Source: the human T2T-CHM13v2.0 reference genome, Homo sapiens. From it: a stretch of DNA of 64,000 nucleotides. The stretch is taken from the NCBI RefSeq assembly GCF_009914755.1, contig NC_060926.1; one strand, 5' to 3'. A program made the position numbers and the translations under genes. The notes under the pieces were generated by a model. That model saw only the letters and a list, made by a program, of their open reading frames with translations, made no database searches and was not told where the DNA came from. Below are positions 37,473 through 51,990 of this stretch, piece after piece (the stretch's first letter is position 1; each line of letters starts with the position of its first letter).

Positions 37473-40400
37473 TACTTACCTTGCTGGTTTGCTTTGAGGA
37501 TTACATGAGATGAGATAATGTATTTCCAAGTGCTGGGTAAACTCTCAAATGCCATACAAATGGTTCTTACTATTAACACAATTATAGTCTGCACTGAACA
37601 ATTTAGTACTTTTAAGCTATCTTGTATTTTTTACTAATTGCTTTGTGAATTAGTCTTATCTTGCCTGTGATATTGCCTCTTCCTTAAGGATAAAGTTCTT
37701 CTGTGGCCCCCCACAGTGCTGATGCAGCTTTGGGCACAGGGTTAGAGGTTGACCTGGCCCAGCCAATATGCCCTGCAATAGGATCTGTTAGGGTCATTGG
37801 GGGCCATGTGCCACAGATTAGTCAGTAGTGGTTCTGCTAGCCAGTTAACAAACTATGTTAATTTGCAGTGATGATGAGGATAGTACAATTCCTCTCTTGA
37901 GCACCAATGATGTGCCGAGACCTTTATAAAACACTTTCCAAACATTGATTCCCTTAATCCTCATGAGTCTAGGAAGAAGTAGAGATGAGGGAATGCAGCT
38001 CAGAGAGGTTAGGTAACTTGTCCAAGGCCACACAGCCAGTGTGTGCTGGAGGAGGGATGTGTAGGCTGGGTATAGGATCTGTGAGCCTAACCACTTGGAT
38101 AGACTACCATACCAGGAGGAGTGCTTTGGGCCCAGGGCCTCCAAGTTCCCATCAAATCAGTGTGTGGTGGTCTGAAGGCTAGATGGGGAGGTAGAGGGTA
38201 GAGGAGAGGGCCCATCATTAGGAGAAGGGCCAGATGCCCTGGGCAGGGGGCATGGAGCCAGGAGCTTTGGGAAGAACTTCCCTCTGACTTAGGGCTGCAT
38301 GTGGAGCTGAGCTCCTCACTGTGAGGATGGTTGGGAGCAGGTGTCTGCTCAGGGGAGGGTGGTGTTGTAGGAAGAAAGTGAGAGTGGTTCTGGGGATTTC
38401 CAGCTGCTGGCAGGGAGGCCCAGCTGGGTGGGCCCTGCTGGAAGAGTAGGGGAGATAGACGAGGCCTGGGAGCATTTGCTGAGTTTTCTCAGCTGTGTCC
38501 CCAGGAAAACGGGGTGAGCAACACAGCGAGGGCAGGGCCATCAGCCTCCTGGAAAGAGGACAGGGTCAGCTTCTGTGTTGGGAGCTTACTGCCTTTGCCC
38601 AAAAGAGTCTTCCTTCTCAGATCTGCCCTTTCAGATCCCACCCATCAGTCCTCCACAGCCGGGGAGCCTCCCAGGGGCCAAGAGCTGGGCAGATGCTGAG
38701 GCCTACCATGTGCTGGGCAGTGTTGGATACCAAGCGAGAGGTAAAAATTAAGAAAAGATGTGGCTGGGGTTGATGGAATTCCATGGCCGTGCCCAGGAGC
38801 TGCCCCATGGCTTGAGCAATGTGCTCTCCCATGCAGGCATCCAGGCACCTCTTACCCTTCCACCCCTGCACTGACCTTGGTGTTTGAGAGGTTGGTTTCG
38901 GGGTCCGCTTCCCCACTACCCATTCCTCAAAGGCCACTGCCATAAACCCAGGCCCTAGCCCCACATCTAGCCTTCACTGCGAATGCTCAACCGGAGAAGA
39001 ACCAGTAGGAGGAGCTGCAGGCCCAGAAAGATGCCTGGGTTGGGGGCTGGGGGTGTGTGGAGAAGAACGGTCTGGGTCTTGAATGGCTGCGAGAGCCCAG
39101 GGAGCCTTCTAGAGTCAGGACTATTTTCTTCTCCTCAGTGGTGTGGTCATTGCAAAGATTTATCATAAACCCACACCCTGGAGAAGGCACAGGGCCTCCT
39201 GTTGCAGGCAGAAGTGTCTTTGCAGCTGGGGAGGGGACTTCCTTCCCCTTGAATGGATGCTCAGGAGCTAAGGTAACCAAGGCCAAGAAGCCCTGCAATA
39301 GACGCAGTTGAGAATGGAGGCAGGGCTTGAACTGTTCAGGACAGGGTGAAACTGCGGGAACCTCCCCTTGCTTTGGCCACCAGGGAGGCCATGGAGGTCA
39401 CCCTCTTGCCCCTTCCCTTCATCTCATCCCTGGCTTGGATCATCGTTTTCCTCCCACCATCCCTTATCCAAGGTTCCCTCCAAACAGGGACAGTGCTTGC
39501 TTGTAAAATTGGCTCAATTCAGGCCATGAGGGCTTAGGTGGGTTGAGGCGAGCTCTGTGCAACGGTCCTGCAACTAAAGGTCACTATGACCTGCCACCTG
39601 CCCAAAGGGCCAAACACACCCTCCAAATTTTCCAAGCCCAAGATAAACTCAGCAATGATTTGTGTGGCCAGAAGAGGGCAGCATAGTACACCCAAGGTCC
39701 TCCCTCCAAAGAGGACTGACCACCCTTCCTGCCCCCACCTCACCCCCAGCCCCACTCCCACACCCCACAGGCAGGCAAGTCTGAGCTTGTTCTCTGGGAA
39801 TTCGAGGCCCTGCAGGTCGGAGGGCGGGGTGGCGAGGAAATGGGGCCCCAAATATATATTTTAAATTGATTGCTTTTCAGATTTCATATTGGGACTTCCC
39901 TCCTTTAAAAGAAAAAAAAAAATCACAGAAACCTCCAATGTTGTCTGAAACAGTTTTCGTTTTTGTAATAAAGCTACTTAAACATGTACAAACAAAAAAT
40001 CAATGAACTCCTTGTACTGATGATAGCTCCCATACAAGGATAAGCCGAAATGAGTATTCAAATTAAATATGGACAAACCTACAAACAAAATTTTAAAAAT
40101 TCAAAACAATCTCATTCATCTGTGCTATATCACGTGCTGCCCTCAGAACTCCAGTGCAGAGGGACTCTGGCACTTCATTCCTAGGACATGATTTTTGTTG
40201 TTGTTTATTCCATATATTTATCTCCCGTTTTGATGGAATAACTTTGCTCTTCCGTCCTTTTCCTATTCTAACCACAGGGAAATATCCCAAGCACAGCATC
40301 CCAAGCACATCCCATGTCATATGGTCTTCACTTGTTGCCAGCTTGTCGTATATGTGTCCCTTCTGTCTGCTTCTCCTTACTGGCCTGTGACAGTTGAGAT

Positions 40401-41012
40401 AGTATTTTTAAGGTGGCCAGACTGATGATCCAGAAAATGTCTTTTCTCAGAAAAAAAAAAAAAAAATCAAGATGAAATCATCCCCCACTGCCACACATAC
40501 ACACACAGACACACACACACACATACACACATCATTGATAGAGAATTCTGAAACAGCAAGAATGCATGCCTGGAGCACCATTTGAGAAACATCATCCCCC
40601 CCCAAGCCCTTGCTTCTTACAGATGAGCAAACTGAGGCTCAGAGAGGAGAGTTGCTTTAGCCAAGGTCACACAGCTAATCAGGGTGGAGCAGCTGGAGAA
40701 CTCAAGGGCCTCTCACTTTGTACAGCAGTGCCTCCTTTCAGCACCCTCAGGCAGCCCAAGACAGGCTGGGCCCTGGGAAAGGAGCCCTGGGGATGCTTGT
40801 AGAGATGAGTTCTCCCAGTTTGGGGTCGAGTTTTCTGCAGGTTTCAAGCAGCCATCTTCCAAAGCTCAGAAAATGAAATTGCGTAGACACAGCCACTGCT
40901 GCAGATGCGAAGACTTTGTCTCAGATCTCCCTGGAAACCCTAAATCTCTTCTGGACTCCAGGTCTGGCAAGAAGGCCCAAACAAGGGCTCTGTGTGTGTT
41001 CTCATTTAGTGA

Positions 41013-41310
41013 TTTTTTTTTTTTTTTTGAGACAGTGTCTTGCTCTGTTGCCCAGGCTGGAGTGTAGTGGTGTAATCTCTGCTCACTGCAACCTCCACCT
41101 CCCGAGTTGAAGCGATTCTCCTGCCTCAGCTTCCCAAGTAGCTGAGATTACAGGTGCCCACCACCATGCCTGGCCAATTTTTGTGTTTTTAGTAGAGATG
41201 GGATTTCACCATGTTGGCCAGGCTGGTCTCAAACTCCTGACCTGAAGTGATCTGCCTGCCTCGTTCTCCCAAAGTGCTGGGATTACAGGCATGAGTCACT
41301 GCACCCAGCC
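41013..41310 (-). mobile_element. AluS
   Basis: Antisense dimer; approximate TSD ctcatt...tgattttt. Confidence 0.9.
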
Positions 41311-41938
41311 TCATTAACTGATTTTTAAAAAGCCTATTAGTAAGGTCTTTCAGGTATTGAGGCCATACTGGATACTATTATTAGGGCCTTGGGAAAAAAG
41401 ATCCATTTTTGCTCCAACTCCAGGGGCAGGTTTTTAACATGAAGTCTATTAACCGCCAAGGGGTCCATGGACAGAATTCAGGGGGTCTGAAAACTTGAAG
41501 GGGGAAAAAAGCCTGCATTTTATTTTCCTTAGCCTGTAACGAAAGGTTAACACTTCCTTCAAATATACATGTCGACAGCAAACCAGTTAATCCTAGCAAC
41601 ACCTGTGTCTTTGTCAACAATAGAAGTCACAGACCTTTTCACATGACATTACAGCAGTTGTGGGAATCTTGAAATATCATTAACACTCATCATCACTACT
41701 TTGATACATTATTAGACCTGACACCATATTGTGTTATTTAAGTATCAAGAAAGAGTATATGTTTCTGTGTTCAAATATTTTAAAATATTTTCATAACTGT
41801 CTTTCAATATAATTGGTTTCCTTTCTTCTCCCATGTATTTTATTTTATGCATCTGAAAATATTCCAGACTGTCAAAGGAATTCATGACGCAACAGAAACA
41901 CCCTTTGTCTTGGGGAAACACATCTGTAAAGAGTTACC

Positions 41939-42272
<334 letters not shown>

Positions 42273-43141
42273 TGAGCACACCTGGGTTCTTTAGGTGTAT
42301 TATCTCTAAATCTTGCAACAAAGAGGTGTACATTATTATCCCCCTTTTATACATGAGGAAACTGAGGCTCAGAGAGGTGCCTAATATCACATATGCTACA
42401 AAACATTATAAACATGTCAAGTATTATCATGGAAATATGGACAAAATGAGGGTAACTAAATGACTGTTTTTGTTCACTGCTATGTTGTCCATGCCTGGCG
42501 CTTCCTAGATGCTCAGTAGAGGTTTGTTGAATGACAGGATGAGAAGATATCTAGTAGACTTGCCAGGCACGGGACAGGAAATCCTTCAAAGGAAAGGTGA
42601 GCGTCAGGATGAGCCCTGAGCTTCTGGGAAGTGCCGGACTGGTGTAAACCAATCATGGTACCTCATCCTCTATGATAGCTTCAGAAATGGCCTGTTACCT
42701 GGTTCTGGCCCTGAGATAGGGAAAACTCATTCAGGACCATAGGTGCCTCTTGCCACTGGGGTGAAAGCCAGTGCAACTTGTAGCCCCTGCAGCCACCTTG
42801 TCGCCTATAAGGATAGCAGAGCAGAGATGAGGGGGCAAGGGCCTTGGTGATGCTGAGAACCTCTGAGCTGAGCAGCCCCGCAGCTTCTCACCTCTGCACT
42901 TTTTGTCAGGGAGATGACAAGGCTAGTTATATTTGAGCCCGTTTTAGTTGAGTTTTCTGTACCTTGCAGCTAAGGCATCCTAAGTGATGGAGTGCATGTG
43001 AAGAGGGAGGCAAGGGTCATCCTGAGAATGGCATCTGTGGTGTGACATGGCTGCCATTCTAATGAGCTTGTGCTTTATCCCAATAGGTGATGGCTTGGGG
43101 TGGATGGTCTAGGGGATTGAATGATTAGAGGAAGGGGCCGA

Positions 43142-43505
<364 letters not shown>

Positions 43506-44563
43506 CGAAATGGTGTGATTTATGATATAGAGAGATTACTTTGTAGGCAGTGTGGAGGATGGGATACTGCAAAGTGATAAGTAATGGCTAAAAAAAGGTA
43601 AAATGGTGCAAATATGGTAAATAAGCAAATTGGCAATGCACCTTATTCTGCTCTCAGATTGATGAAAAAGAGGAATAAAACAGGTAAGCATGTTCATATT
43701 GGAGATTTATTGTAAAACTCAACTTCCAGGGAACGCGTTTGAGTTGGTGCAGTCTCATGGATCTCACAGTGGATAGGCTGCTGAGGAGGCTGGAATGGTG
43801 GTGTTGAGACCCTGTCAGCACCAGCAGTGACATCAGCATCTTCAAAGAAAGCATGACAGTCTCCTCAGTGCCATTTTAATGCTAGGAATCTTCCCTTCTA
43901 GTCTCTACAATTTTTTGAAAATTGATAATTTTTCTACGATTTAAGTGATTACTCTCAATGAACCATCATACCTCATTTTCTCTACTCAGAAATTTTCAAG
44001 CATATAATATGAACTATAGTCATCTTGTGGTATGATAGATCTCTTGAACTTGTTCCTCCTATCTAACTGAAACCTCATTTCTATTCTAGATAAAAGAAAG
44101 CGTGCTATGTTTTGGCATAGGTTTAGGTAGATGGTTCCAAGCAGAGACCTGTCCTGGGGACGGAGGTGATGCTTTCGGTGGATAGAGGAGTAGCCTGGGA
44201 GTCAGGAGGCCTCCTCCCCGCTCCTGCCCCTGCTGCTCTCTGGTTGGATGCCCTCCAATACCTCATCACCTCTCTGCACTGCAGGGCCCTGTCTGTGAAT
44301 CAGTGGGGCTGGGCTATTCACAGCCCCATGTCCTCTGCTTTCTTTCTCAGTCCCCGTGCCCTTGGACTCTAACAACCCCTCGTTGGGCAGCATCTTTTGC
44401 TTGTGCTGGTCCTTCAGAGGGAGAGGATGGGATTCCTCAGAACAAAAAGTGCTGTTCTCCATCTCAGGTTTGGTGTCAACAGACAGTTGAACATCCAGTA
44501 TTTGGCACCTAGGTAAGCACAAGGAAGCATCCTAAAGAAGGTAGGCCCTGGACAGAAGAGCTG

Positions 44564-44850
44564 TACACACACACACACACACACACACTCACACATTCAC
44601 ACACACACACATTCACACACACACACACATGATATGCACACAGAGACAGACACACGCACACATCAACAGACATGCACAGAGTTGCACACACGCACACACA
44701 CAGACATGTACACATACACATACACTCACACAGAGACACACAGACATGCACACATGCACAGACATGCACACACAGACACATGCACAAAGACACAGACACA
44801 CAGAGACACGTGCACACACACATACATACACAAGTACACACACGCACGCA
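44564..44850 (+). repeat. Degenerate (CA)n simple repeat, ~290 bp
   Basis: Read directly from the sequence. Confidence 0.92.
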
Positions 44851-44996
44851 TAAGGAGTGGGACATTAGGCAATTTCCTGTGATGGTTCTGAGCACTCATT
44901 GGTACAGTGCTGGGCACCTAGTGAAAAATTCCTAGAGGGAGTGAGTCAAATATGTTACTAAAGGGTGGTAGGTTTTGGCTAAGGGAGGCCTTCAGC

Positions 44997-45427
44997 TGTT
45001 ATAGGCTGAAGTGTGTCTCTTCCCTCTCCAAAATTCATATGTTCAAGTTCTAACCCCTAGTACTTCAGAATGTGACTGTGTTTGAAGATAGGGTCTATAA
45101 AGAGATGATTGTAATAAAATGAGGTCATTAGGATGTACACTAATCCAACATGACTCATGTCCTTATAAAGAGGAGGTTTGGGCACAGACACGTGTAGAGG
45201 AAAGGCCAGGTGAAGACACAGGGAGACGATGGCCACCTGAAAGTCAAGGAGAGAAGCCTGGACCAGATCCTTCCTTCATGACCCTCAGAAGGAACCATCC
45301 CTGCTGACACCAACACCTTGATCTTGAAATTCCAGTGTCCAGAACAGTGAGATGATAAAGCCCTGTTGTTTAAGTCTCCCAGCTGTGATACTTTGTAATG
45401 GCGGTCAAATCCTAGTTGACTAATACA
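44997..45427 (+). mobile_element. MLT1-family solo LTR
   Basis: tgttataggctgaa...gaatgtgactgtgtttgaagataggg...gactaataca. Confidence 0.8.
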
Positions 45428-46446
45428 CCAGCCAAGAGGCAAAGCATGCTGGAATGTAGTCAAGAGATCAGCTTGCCTTGACAAGAGAAGGGAAAGGACT
45501 AAATTCTGTGGTGTAGCTCCTGTGTGCCGGGTAGGTGCAGGACACACGACCCCATGTGAAGTGCCCCAAACGCTGCCTTCAGATGAGAAACCAGAGGCTC
45601 TGAAAAGTATGTTGCATGCCAAAGACCACACTGCTAGGTCGTGGCTTCCCTCTGCCTGCTGTTCACCTCCAACATCATCATTGTCATTTTGGCTGGGCTG
45701 GTGCTGCTCACTGTGGCCCACATCCAAGAGCTCTCACTTTGCTGACCTTCCCATCTGTCCACAAACATTTACTCAGCTGTGTAATAGATGCTGTGATGCT
45801 CTGCCCAGGTTCCCTCTTTGGGGTCTACACACCTATCTATCCTCCAGCTGCTGGGAATACCAGATGCTCACAGCTTACAGCTGCATCCCTTGGTGGACAC
45901 TGCCCTGGGTGGCAGGGAGCTGCCTCACCTAAGGCTACACCTCTTCCCAGGGGTCCAGGCTGGGATACAAAGGACAGCTCCTGGGCCCCTACAGGACTGT
46001 CTGAGTCCTCTGTTGCAGCTGCTTTGTGAGTCATCTTCTTTCTACCTGTCCTGCCTTCCTCACTTCCTCACGGGTATATCTCCTGAGGGTACACCCCACA
46101 AAAGTCTTTGCACACAATTTTCCATCTCCATATCTTGGAGACTCCCCTTCCACCTGAAAAGGTCCGATCTGGAAAGAGCCCTGGCGGGAAGTCAGCACTC
46201 TGTGTTCCTGCACTCACTCCGCTTAAGACAGCCTCATGACCAGAGGCAGGACGTCCCCTCCCTGGGCTCAGGTGCCTGATCTATAAAAGAGCCACGGCTT
46301 TTTCAGTGTTTTCCTCCAAAGTTCAGTAGAAGAGAGAACAAGACAATACAATCCACCTGCCCTGGTGGTGCAGCTGTTTACAGGGGCTAAACAAATAAAA
46401 GTTCTCGCCACATCTAACTATCCATGCACATTTCCATGCCATTCCT

Positions 46447-46878
46447 TGTTATGAGTTGGACTGTGACCCCATAAAAGATGATGCAGTCCTAACCCCCAGG
46501 ATCTGTAACTGTGACCTTATTTGGAAATAGGGTCTTTGCAGATGATCAAGTTTAAGATGAGGTCATTAGGGTGGGTCCTAATCCCATATGACCGGTGCCC
46601 TAATGAAAAGGGGCATTTAGACCTGAAGACAAACAAACATAGAAGGAAGATGATGTGAAGACATAGGAAGAATGCCAGCTGCAAGCCCAGGAATGCTTGG
46701 GCTACCAGAAGCTGGAGACAGGCTTGGGACAGATTCTCCCCCAGAGCCCTCAAGGGAAGCCAAGCCTGCTGACACTTTGATTTCAGATTCTGGCCTGCAG
46801 AACTGTGAGACAATGCATGTTTGTTGTTTAAGCCACCCAGTTTATAATAGTTATGGCAGCCCCAGAAAACTAATAACT
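46447..46878 (+). mobile_element. MLT1-family solo LTR
   Basis: tgttatgagttgga...ccttatttggaaatagggtctttgcagatg...aaactaata. Confidence 0.8.
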
Positions 46879-47184
46879 CCTTAAAGTATCTTTTTGTCTT
46901 TATAAAAATATTTTCCTTCGGGAGCAGTGGCTCACACCACTCCAGGAGGAAGTTACAGGTCAGAGCAGGGGCTTAGGGCTGGGGAGAGCTGGGGTGTTTG
47001 AGAATCCCAAAGAAGGTAAATGTGGTTGTGGCCATGCCCCCAAGGACGATGGGTTGAGAGGAGGTCCCTGAGTCCACAGGAACCTTATCAGGCAGACCCT
47101 TGTAGGCTCCAAGAAGGGTTTGGATTTTATTCCAAACAGTGGAACAGAATGGTTTAATCTGCATGTTTAAAAGATCAGTCTATA

Positions 47185-47745
47185 CTATATGATCCAGTAA
47201 TTCCACTTCTGGGTATATACCCAAAGAACTGAAAGCAGGGATTCGAAGAGATATTTGAACGCCCATGTTCACAGCGGTATTACCCACAGTCGCCAAAAGA
47301 TGAAAGCAACCCAAATGTCCTTCAACAGATGAATGGACAAACCAAATGCAGTATATACATACAGTGGAATATTATTCAGCCTTAAAAAGGAATGACATTG
47401 TGACACGTGGATGAATCTCGAGGGTATTACACTGGGTGAAAGAAGTCAGACACAAAAGGACAAATATTGTATGATGGATTCTATTTTTATGAGGGACCTA
47501 GAGTAGTCAAATTCATAGAGGCAGAAAAGGGAATAGGTGGTTAGAAGGGACTGTGGGGAGGGGAGAATGGGAAGTTTCATGGGTATGGAGTTTCAGTTTG
47601 GGATGATGAAAACGTTTTGGAGATGGATGGCGGTGATGGTTTCATGACAGTGTAAATGTACCTAATGCCACAGAACTGTACACTTAAGAAGGGTTAAAAT
47701 GGTAAATTTTATGTTATGTGTATTTTACCACAATTTTAAAAAGCA
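47185..47745 (+). mobile_element. LINE-1 (L1MB-like) 3' end
   Basis: tatgatccagtaattccacttctgggtatatacccaaagaa...gttatgtgtattttaccacaat. Confidence 0.85.
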
Positions 47746-49255
47746 AAAAGATCTGTTTGGTTGCCCATTGGAGAGGGGAGGGAGAAGCAAGCTGGAGAAA
47801 AGTGGGCAGCCCAGGCCCTGTCCCCGCTGCTCCTTGCATTAACCGGCTGGCTCCAGACTGTCCATCCAGAGAACGTGCCTAGGTCCCAGCACTTTGGGTG
47901 TTAAACCTGCAGCAGAGGCCAGGACTTGGGGGACTTGGCTCAAAGCTCCCCACATTCGAAATGACACTGCAGCCTTGCATCTAGTTGTCATATGTGGCTA
48001 AGATGGGGAGGCTATGGGGCAGAGACCTGGGACCACCAGCTGCTGCCCAGACCCCTTCCCGCCTCCCTGGAATGGAGCATCCTGATCTCCTGATCCCCAT
48101 CAGAAAACTCCTGCAGGCTCCTTCCTGCACCCGGCCCCTGGCGCTGCCTGGGCAGGCCCAGCACAGGGGAATCACCTTGCCCTGGAAAAAAAAAAAAAAA
48201 AAAAAAAAAAGGCGAGAGAGGGAGAAAAGCAGCACAATTAAAATCTTAGTGTATGAATAATTACATTTTAAAAATCCCCACTTTTTTTTTTACATCAAAA
48301 GGAATTCTGTAATCAGAGGTTTAATTTGCAGATTTAGTGGCATTTGGCAGGTTAAAAGTAGGTGCTGTGAAGTGAGTAAGCGTGGGATTTGAGGCTGGAA
48401 GCAAAGAATGGGGGGATCTGCTCGACCAGAAATCCTAGCTTTGAGCCGCCTCTGAGCTTCGCAGCCGCACTTCCTCTGCCCAAGCCGCCCTCAACTGAGC
48501 CGCTGCGCGGGGGCGGGGAGGAGGTGCCGGTGCCGAATGAAGAGGGACAGAAGTCCAGCCCTCCAGCCCTGTGGCCTCGCTCCCTTCTTCTCCTTAAGAA
48601 TAGCTTTATTGTTTTTTCCTTCTGATTATTTGATCATTGCAAAAAAAAAAAATGCTGAACATATAGAAAAGCAAAAAGCAACAGAAAGAAAGAAAACAAA
48701 GATCACCTGTAGTTTTCCTGCCTGGAGGGAAGAGTCCCTTTTCCTCTTTCCTAAGATAATGTGGATAAAATCCTGTTGCCAACTGGACTAAGCTTTACAA
48801 AAGCACAGTTTTATTACTCTACTTTTCCTTTCCCTCTTCTCTTCTGAGGGTCTCCCTCTTTCCTTCTCCAAGGGAAAAAATGAATCAAAACAAAACAGGA
48901 ACTTTCACAGATTAAAGTGGGAAAAGGAGGTTTTGGCCCAAGAAACTTCCCGGAGGAGATGCCTCCTGGAAGGGGTTTGGAGCAGGGCAGTCCCTGGGGG
49001 TGGGGCCAGAGGGCAACAGAGAAAGAGAACCCTGGGTGGCATCCCACAGGGAAGGGAAGGAAAAGAGGCAGGAGTGGGTTTCCATCCCCTGTCTCAACCA
49101 GTCGCTGGGGGCGGGCAGTCCAGGAAGGGGAGCCTTGGGTCAGGTGACATTCCTTAAAGGAGGCCATTTCCACGTAGGGACCAGAGTGCTGGCTGTCCAC
49201 AAAGAACTCCCAAGAGCTGGTAGTGTGCCCGTCAACCCCAAGGAGGTGTGTGTGT

Positions 49256-49914
49256 GAGAGAGAGAGAAAGAGAAAGAGAGAGAGAAAGAGAGAGAGGAGG
49301 AGGAGGAAGCGGGGAGAGAGAGGAGAGAGGGAGAGAAGAGAGAAGGAGGGAGAGAGAAGCGACAGAGAAGAGAGAGAGGAGAGAGAAAGAGAGAGAGGAA
49401 AGAGGAGAGAGAGAGAGGAAAGAGGAGAGAGAGAGGAAAGAGGAGAGAGAGAAAGAGAGAGGAAAGAGGAGAGAGAGAGAGGAAAGGAGAGAGAGAGAGG
49501 AAAGAGGAGAGAGAGAGGAAAGAGGAGAGAGAGAGAGGAAAGAGGAGAGAGAGAGAGGAAAGAGGAGAGAGAGAGAGGAAGGAGGAGAGAGAGAGGAAAG
49601 AGAGAGAGAGGAAAGAGGAGAGAGAGAGGAAAGAGGAGAGAGAGAAAGAGAGAGAGAGGAAAGAGGAGAGAGAGAGAAAGAGAGGAAGGAGAGAGAGGAA
49701 AGAGGAGAGAGAGAGAGGAAAGAGGAGAGAGAGAGGAAAGAGGAGAGAGAGAGAGGAAAGAGGAGAGAGAGAGGAAAGAGGAGAGAGAGAGGAAAGAGGA
49801 GAGAGAGAGGAAAGAGGAGAGAGAGAGAGGAAAGAGGAGAGAGAGAGAGGAAAGAGGAGAGAGAGAGAGAGGAAGGAGGAGAGAGAGAGGAAAAAGGAGA
49901 GAGAGAGAGAGAAA
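49256..49914 (+). repeat. ~660-nt polypurine repeat, unit approximately GAGGAAAGAG(GA)n, preceded by short (GT)n
   Basis: Read directly; almost only G and A. Confidence 0.96.
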
Positions 49915-50357
49915 GCTGGCGCTCACTAAGGCATACGCGCCAAAGGCTCCTTGAGAAACTGTGTAGTTGCTGGGCTAATTCAGATGTATCCGCTAAGACA
50001 AAAGGCATCTGCAGGAAGGGGACGGTAGTTGGGCTGTACTGCAGCCTCTCAAAGCCATGTGGCAATCTGGTAGTTTGAGGGAACAGGACAGGTACTTTTA
50101 GGAGACATGAAGGTGGTAGCACAGAGAGACCTTCCTGAGGAAGCTGAAGCTGCTGGCCCCACAGCCGCTCCCTAAGCCCTCGTGGGTGGAATAGCTCGCA
50201 CAGACACTACAGATGCCTGGCGGATATTAATGGTTACCATTATTTTAGCATGGCCATCTCCTCCCCCAAGAAACTGGAGTTCTGCCTTAAAGCCAGAAAA
50301 TGGAGATGTAGGTTGAGGAGCTTGTCCCAGGACTCACAGTTAAGAAACGGCTGAAAG

Positions 50358-50500
50358 GGCTGGGCATTTTGGCTCCCGCCTGTGATCTCAGTGCTTTGGG
50401 AGACTGAGGCAAGAGGATCCCTTGAGCCCAGGAGTTTGAGGCTGCAGTGAGCTGTGATGGCACCATAGCACCCAGGCTCAGCAACAGAGCTAAACCCCAG
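50358..50500 (+). mobile_element. FRAM/FAM-like Alu monomer
   Basis: Single Alu arm followed by a purine-rich tail. Confidence 0.7.
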
Positions 50501-51204
50501 GAAAGAAAGAAAGAAGGGAGGGAGGGAGGGAGGGAGGGAGTTGGGGGGGAGTGGGGAGAGAGAGAGAGAACTTGTCATTCTGAAATATTTTTTACAAGTA
50601 CAATGTATTGAAGGGACATGAAGATGATTAAAATGTAGTAATGTTATTGGATCTCACTAGACAGCAGAACATGGTCTCACAGATTCTTTGGAGCAAGAAG
50701 TTATTGAAGGGAGATTTATATTTTTACTTTAGAATAGAATTGTGAAATTCCAGAAATTAAACTTTTTATTTTGTTAATAACTAAATAGATCAAGATTTAA
50801 AAAATATAGATATATCTTTTGGTGTAAAGTATGATCCCTAGAAATTTTTTAAATTGAAGTAAATCTCTGCATTATTTAAAAACCATCTTTCCATTTAATA
50901 TAAAGAGCAAGGTAGCTGTTTTGGATCTTTGTTATCAGGTTTAATATCAAGTCTATTTTTATATTTTATTTTTCTCACTGCACAATGTAGCAAAGAAGAA
51001 AAGATCAACTGCCTATTTTGCAATATTTGTACAGTGCTTTATTGTTATTATTTTTAGCAATTAATTATTTTGTTTTGAACAGCTCTCCTCCCAGCTTTTT
51101 AGAAACTGAAGGGTGTCTCTTCATTTGGAGGCTGCCTGACTTTGTGATTGTCTGTCAGAACCAGTTTGGGAGCACGTGATTCTGCTTTTTACTTAAGAAC
51201 TTCC

Positions 51205-51990
51205 TATAGAATTACCATATGACCCAGCAATTCCACTTCCAGGTATATATCCAAGGGAATGAAAATCAGTTTGCTGCAGATAGATGTTTTTATTCCCATG
51301 CTCACTGCAGCACTATTCATACTGGTGAAGTTATAGAATCAAACTAAGTGTCCATCAACGAATGAATGGGTAAAGAAAATGTGGTATGTATACACAATGG
51401 AATACTAGTCAGCCTTAAACAAGATGGAAATTTTGTCATTGGTAGCAACATGGATAAACCTAGAAAAAATTTTGTTTGTTAAGTGAAATAAGCCAGGCAC
51501 AGAAAAACAAATATCACATGTTCTCACTCATATGTGGGAGTGATATGGTTTGGCTCTGTGCTCCCACCCAAATCTCATCTTGAATTGTAACTCCCACAAT
51601 TCCCACGTGTCATGGGAGAGACCCAGTGGGAGGTGATTGAATTATGAGGGGAGGTCTTTCCTGCACTGCACTATTCTCATGATAGTGAATGAGTCTCACG
51701 AGATCTGATGGTTTTAAAAAATGGGAGTTTGCCTGTACAAGCTCTCTCTTTGCCTGCCACCATCCATGTAAGATGTGACTTGCTCCTTCTTGCCTTCTGC
51801 CATAATTGTAAGGCTTCCTTAGCCACATTAAACCTTAGTCCAATTAAACCTCTTTCTTTTGTACATTGCCCAGTCTCAGGTATGTCTTTATCAGCAGTGT
51901 GAAAACACACTAATACAGGGAGCTATATCAAAACATCACATTGAATCCCATAAATATATACAATTGTTATGTGTCAATTAAAAATAAAAT
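51205..51990 (+). mobile_element. L1MA-like 3' fragment interrupted by a THE1 LTR
   Basis: ccatatgacccagcaattccactt...catgttctcactcatatgtgggag, resuming after the LTR. Confidence 0.78.
51541..51917 (+). mobile_element. THE1 (MaLR) solo LTR
   Basis: tgatatggtttggctctgtg...ctaataca with 5-bp TSD gggag. Confidence 0.9.

Noticed and set aside
44509-44935. Cys/Val-rich and His/Thr-rich ORFs
   Set aside because: Translations of the degenerate (CA)n repeat
48814-50122. 243-370 aa ORFs over the GA tract
   Set aside because: Same simple-repeat artefact
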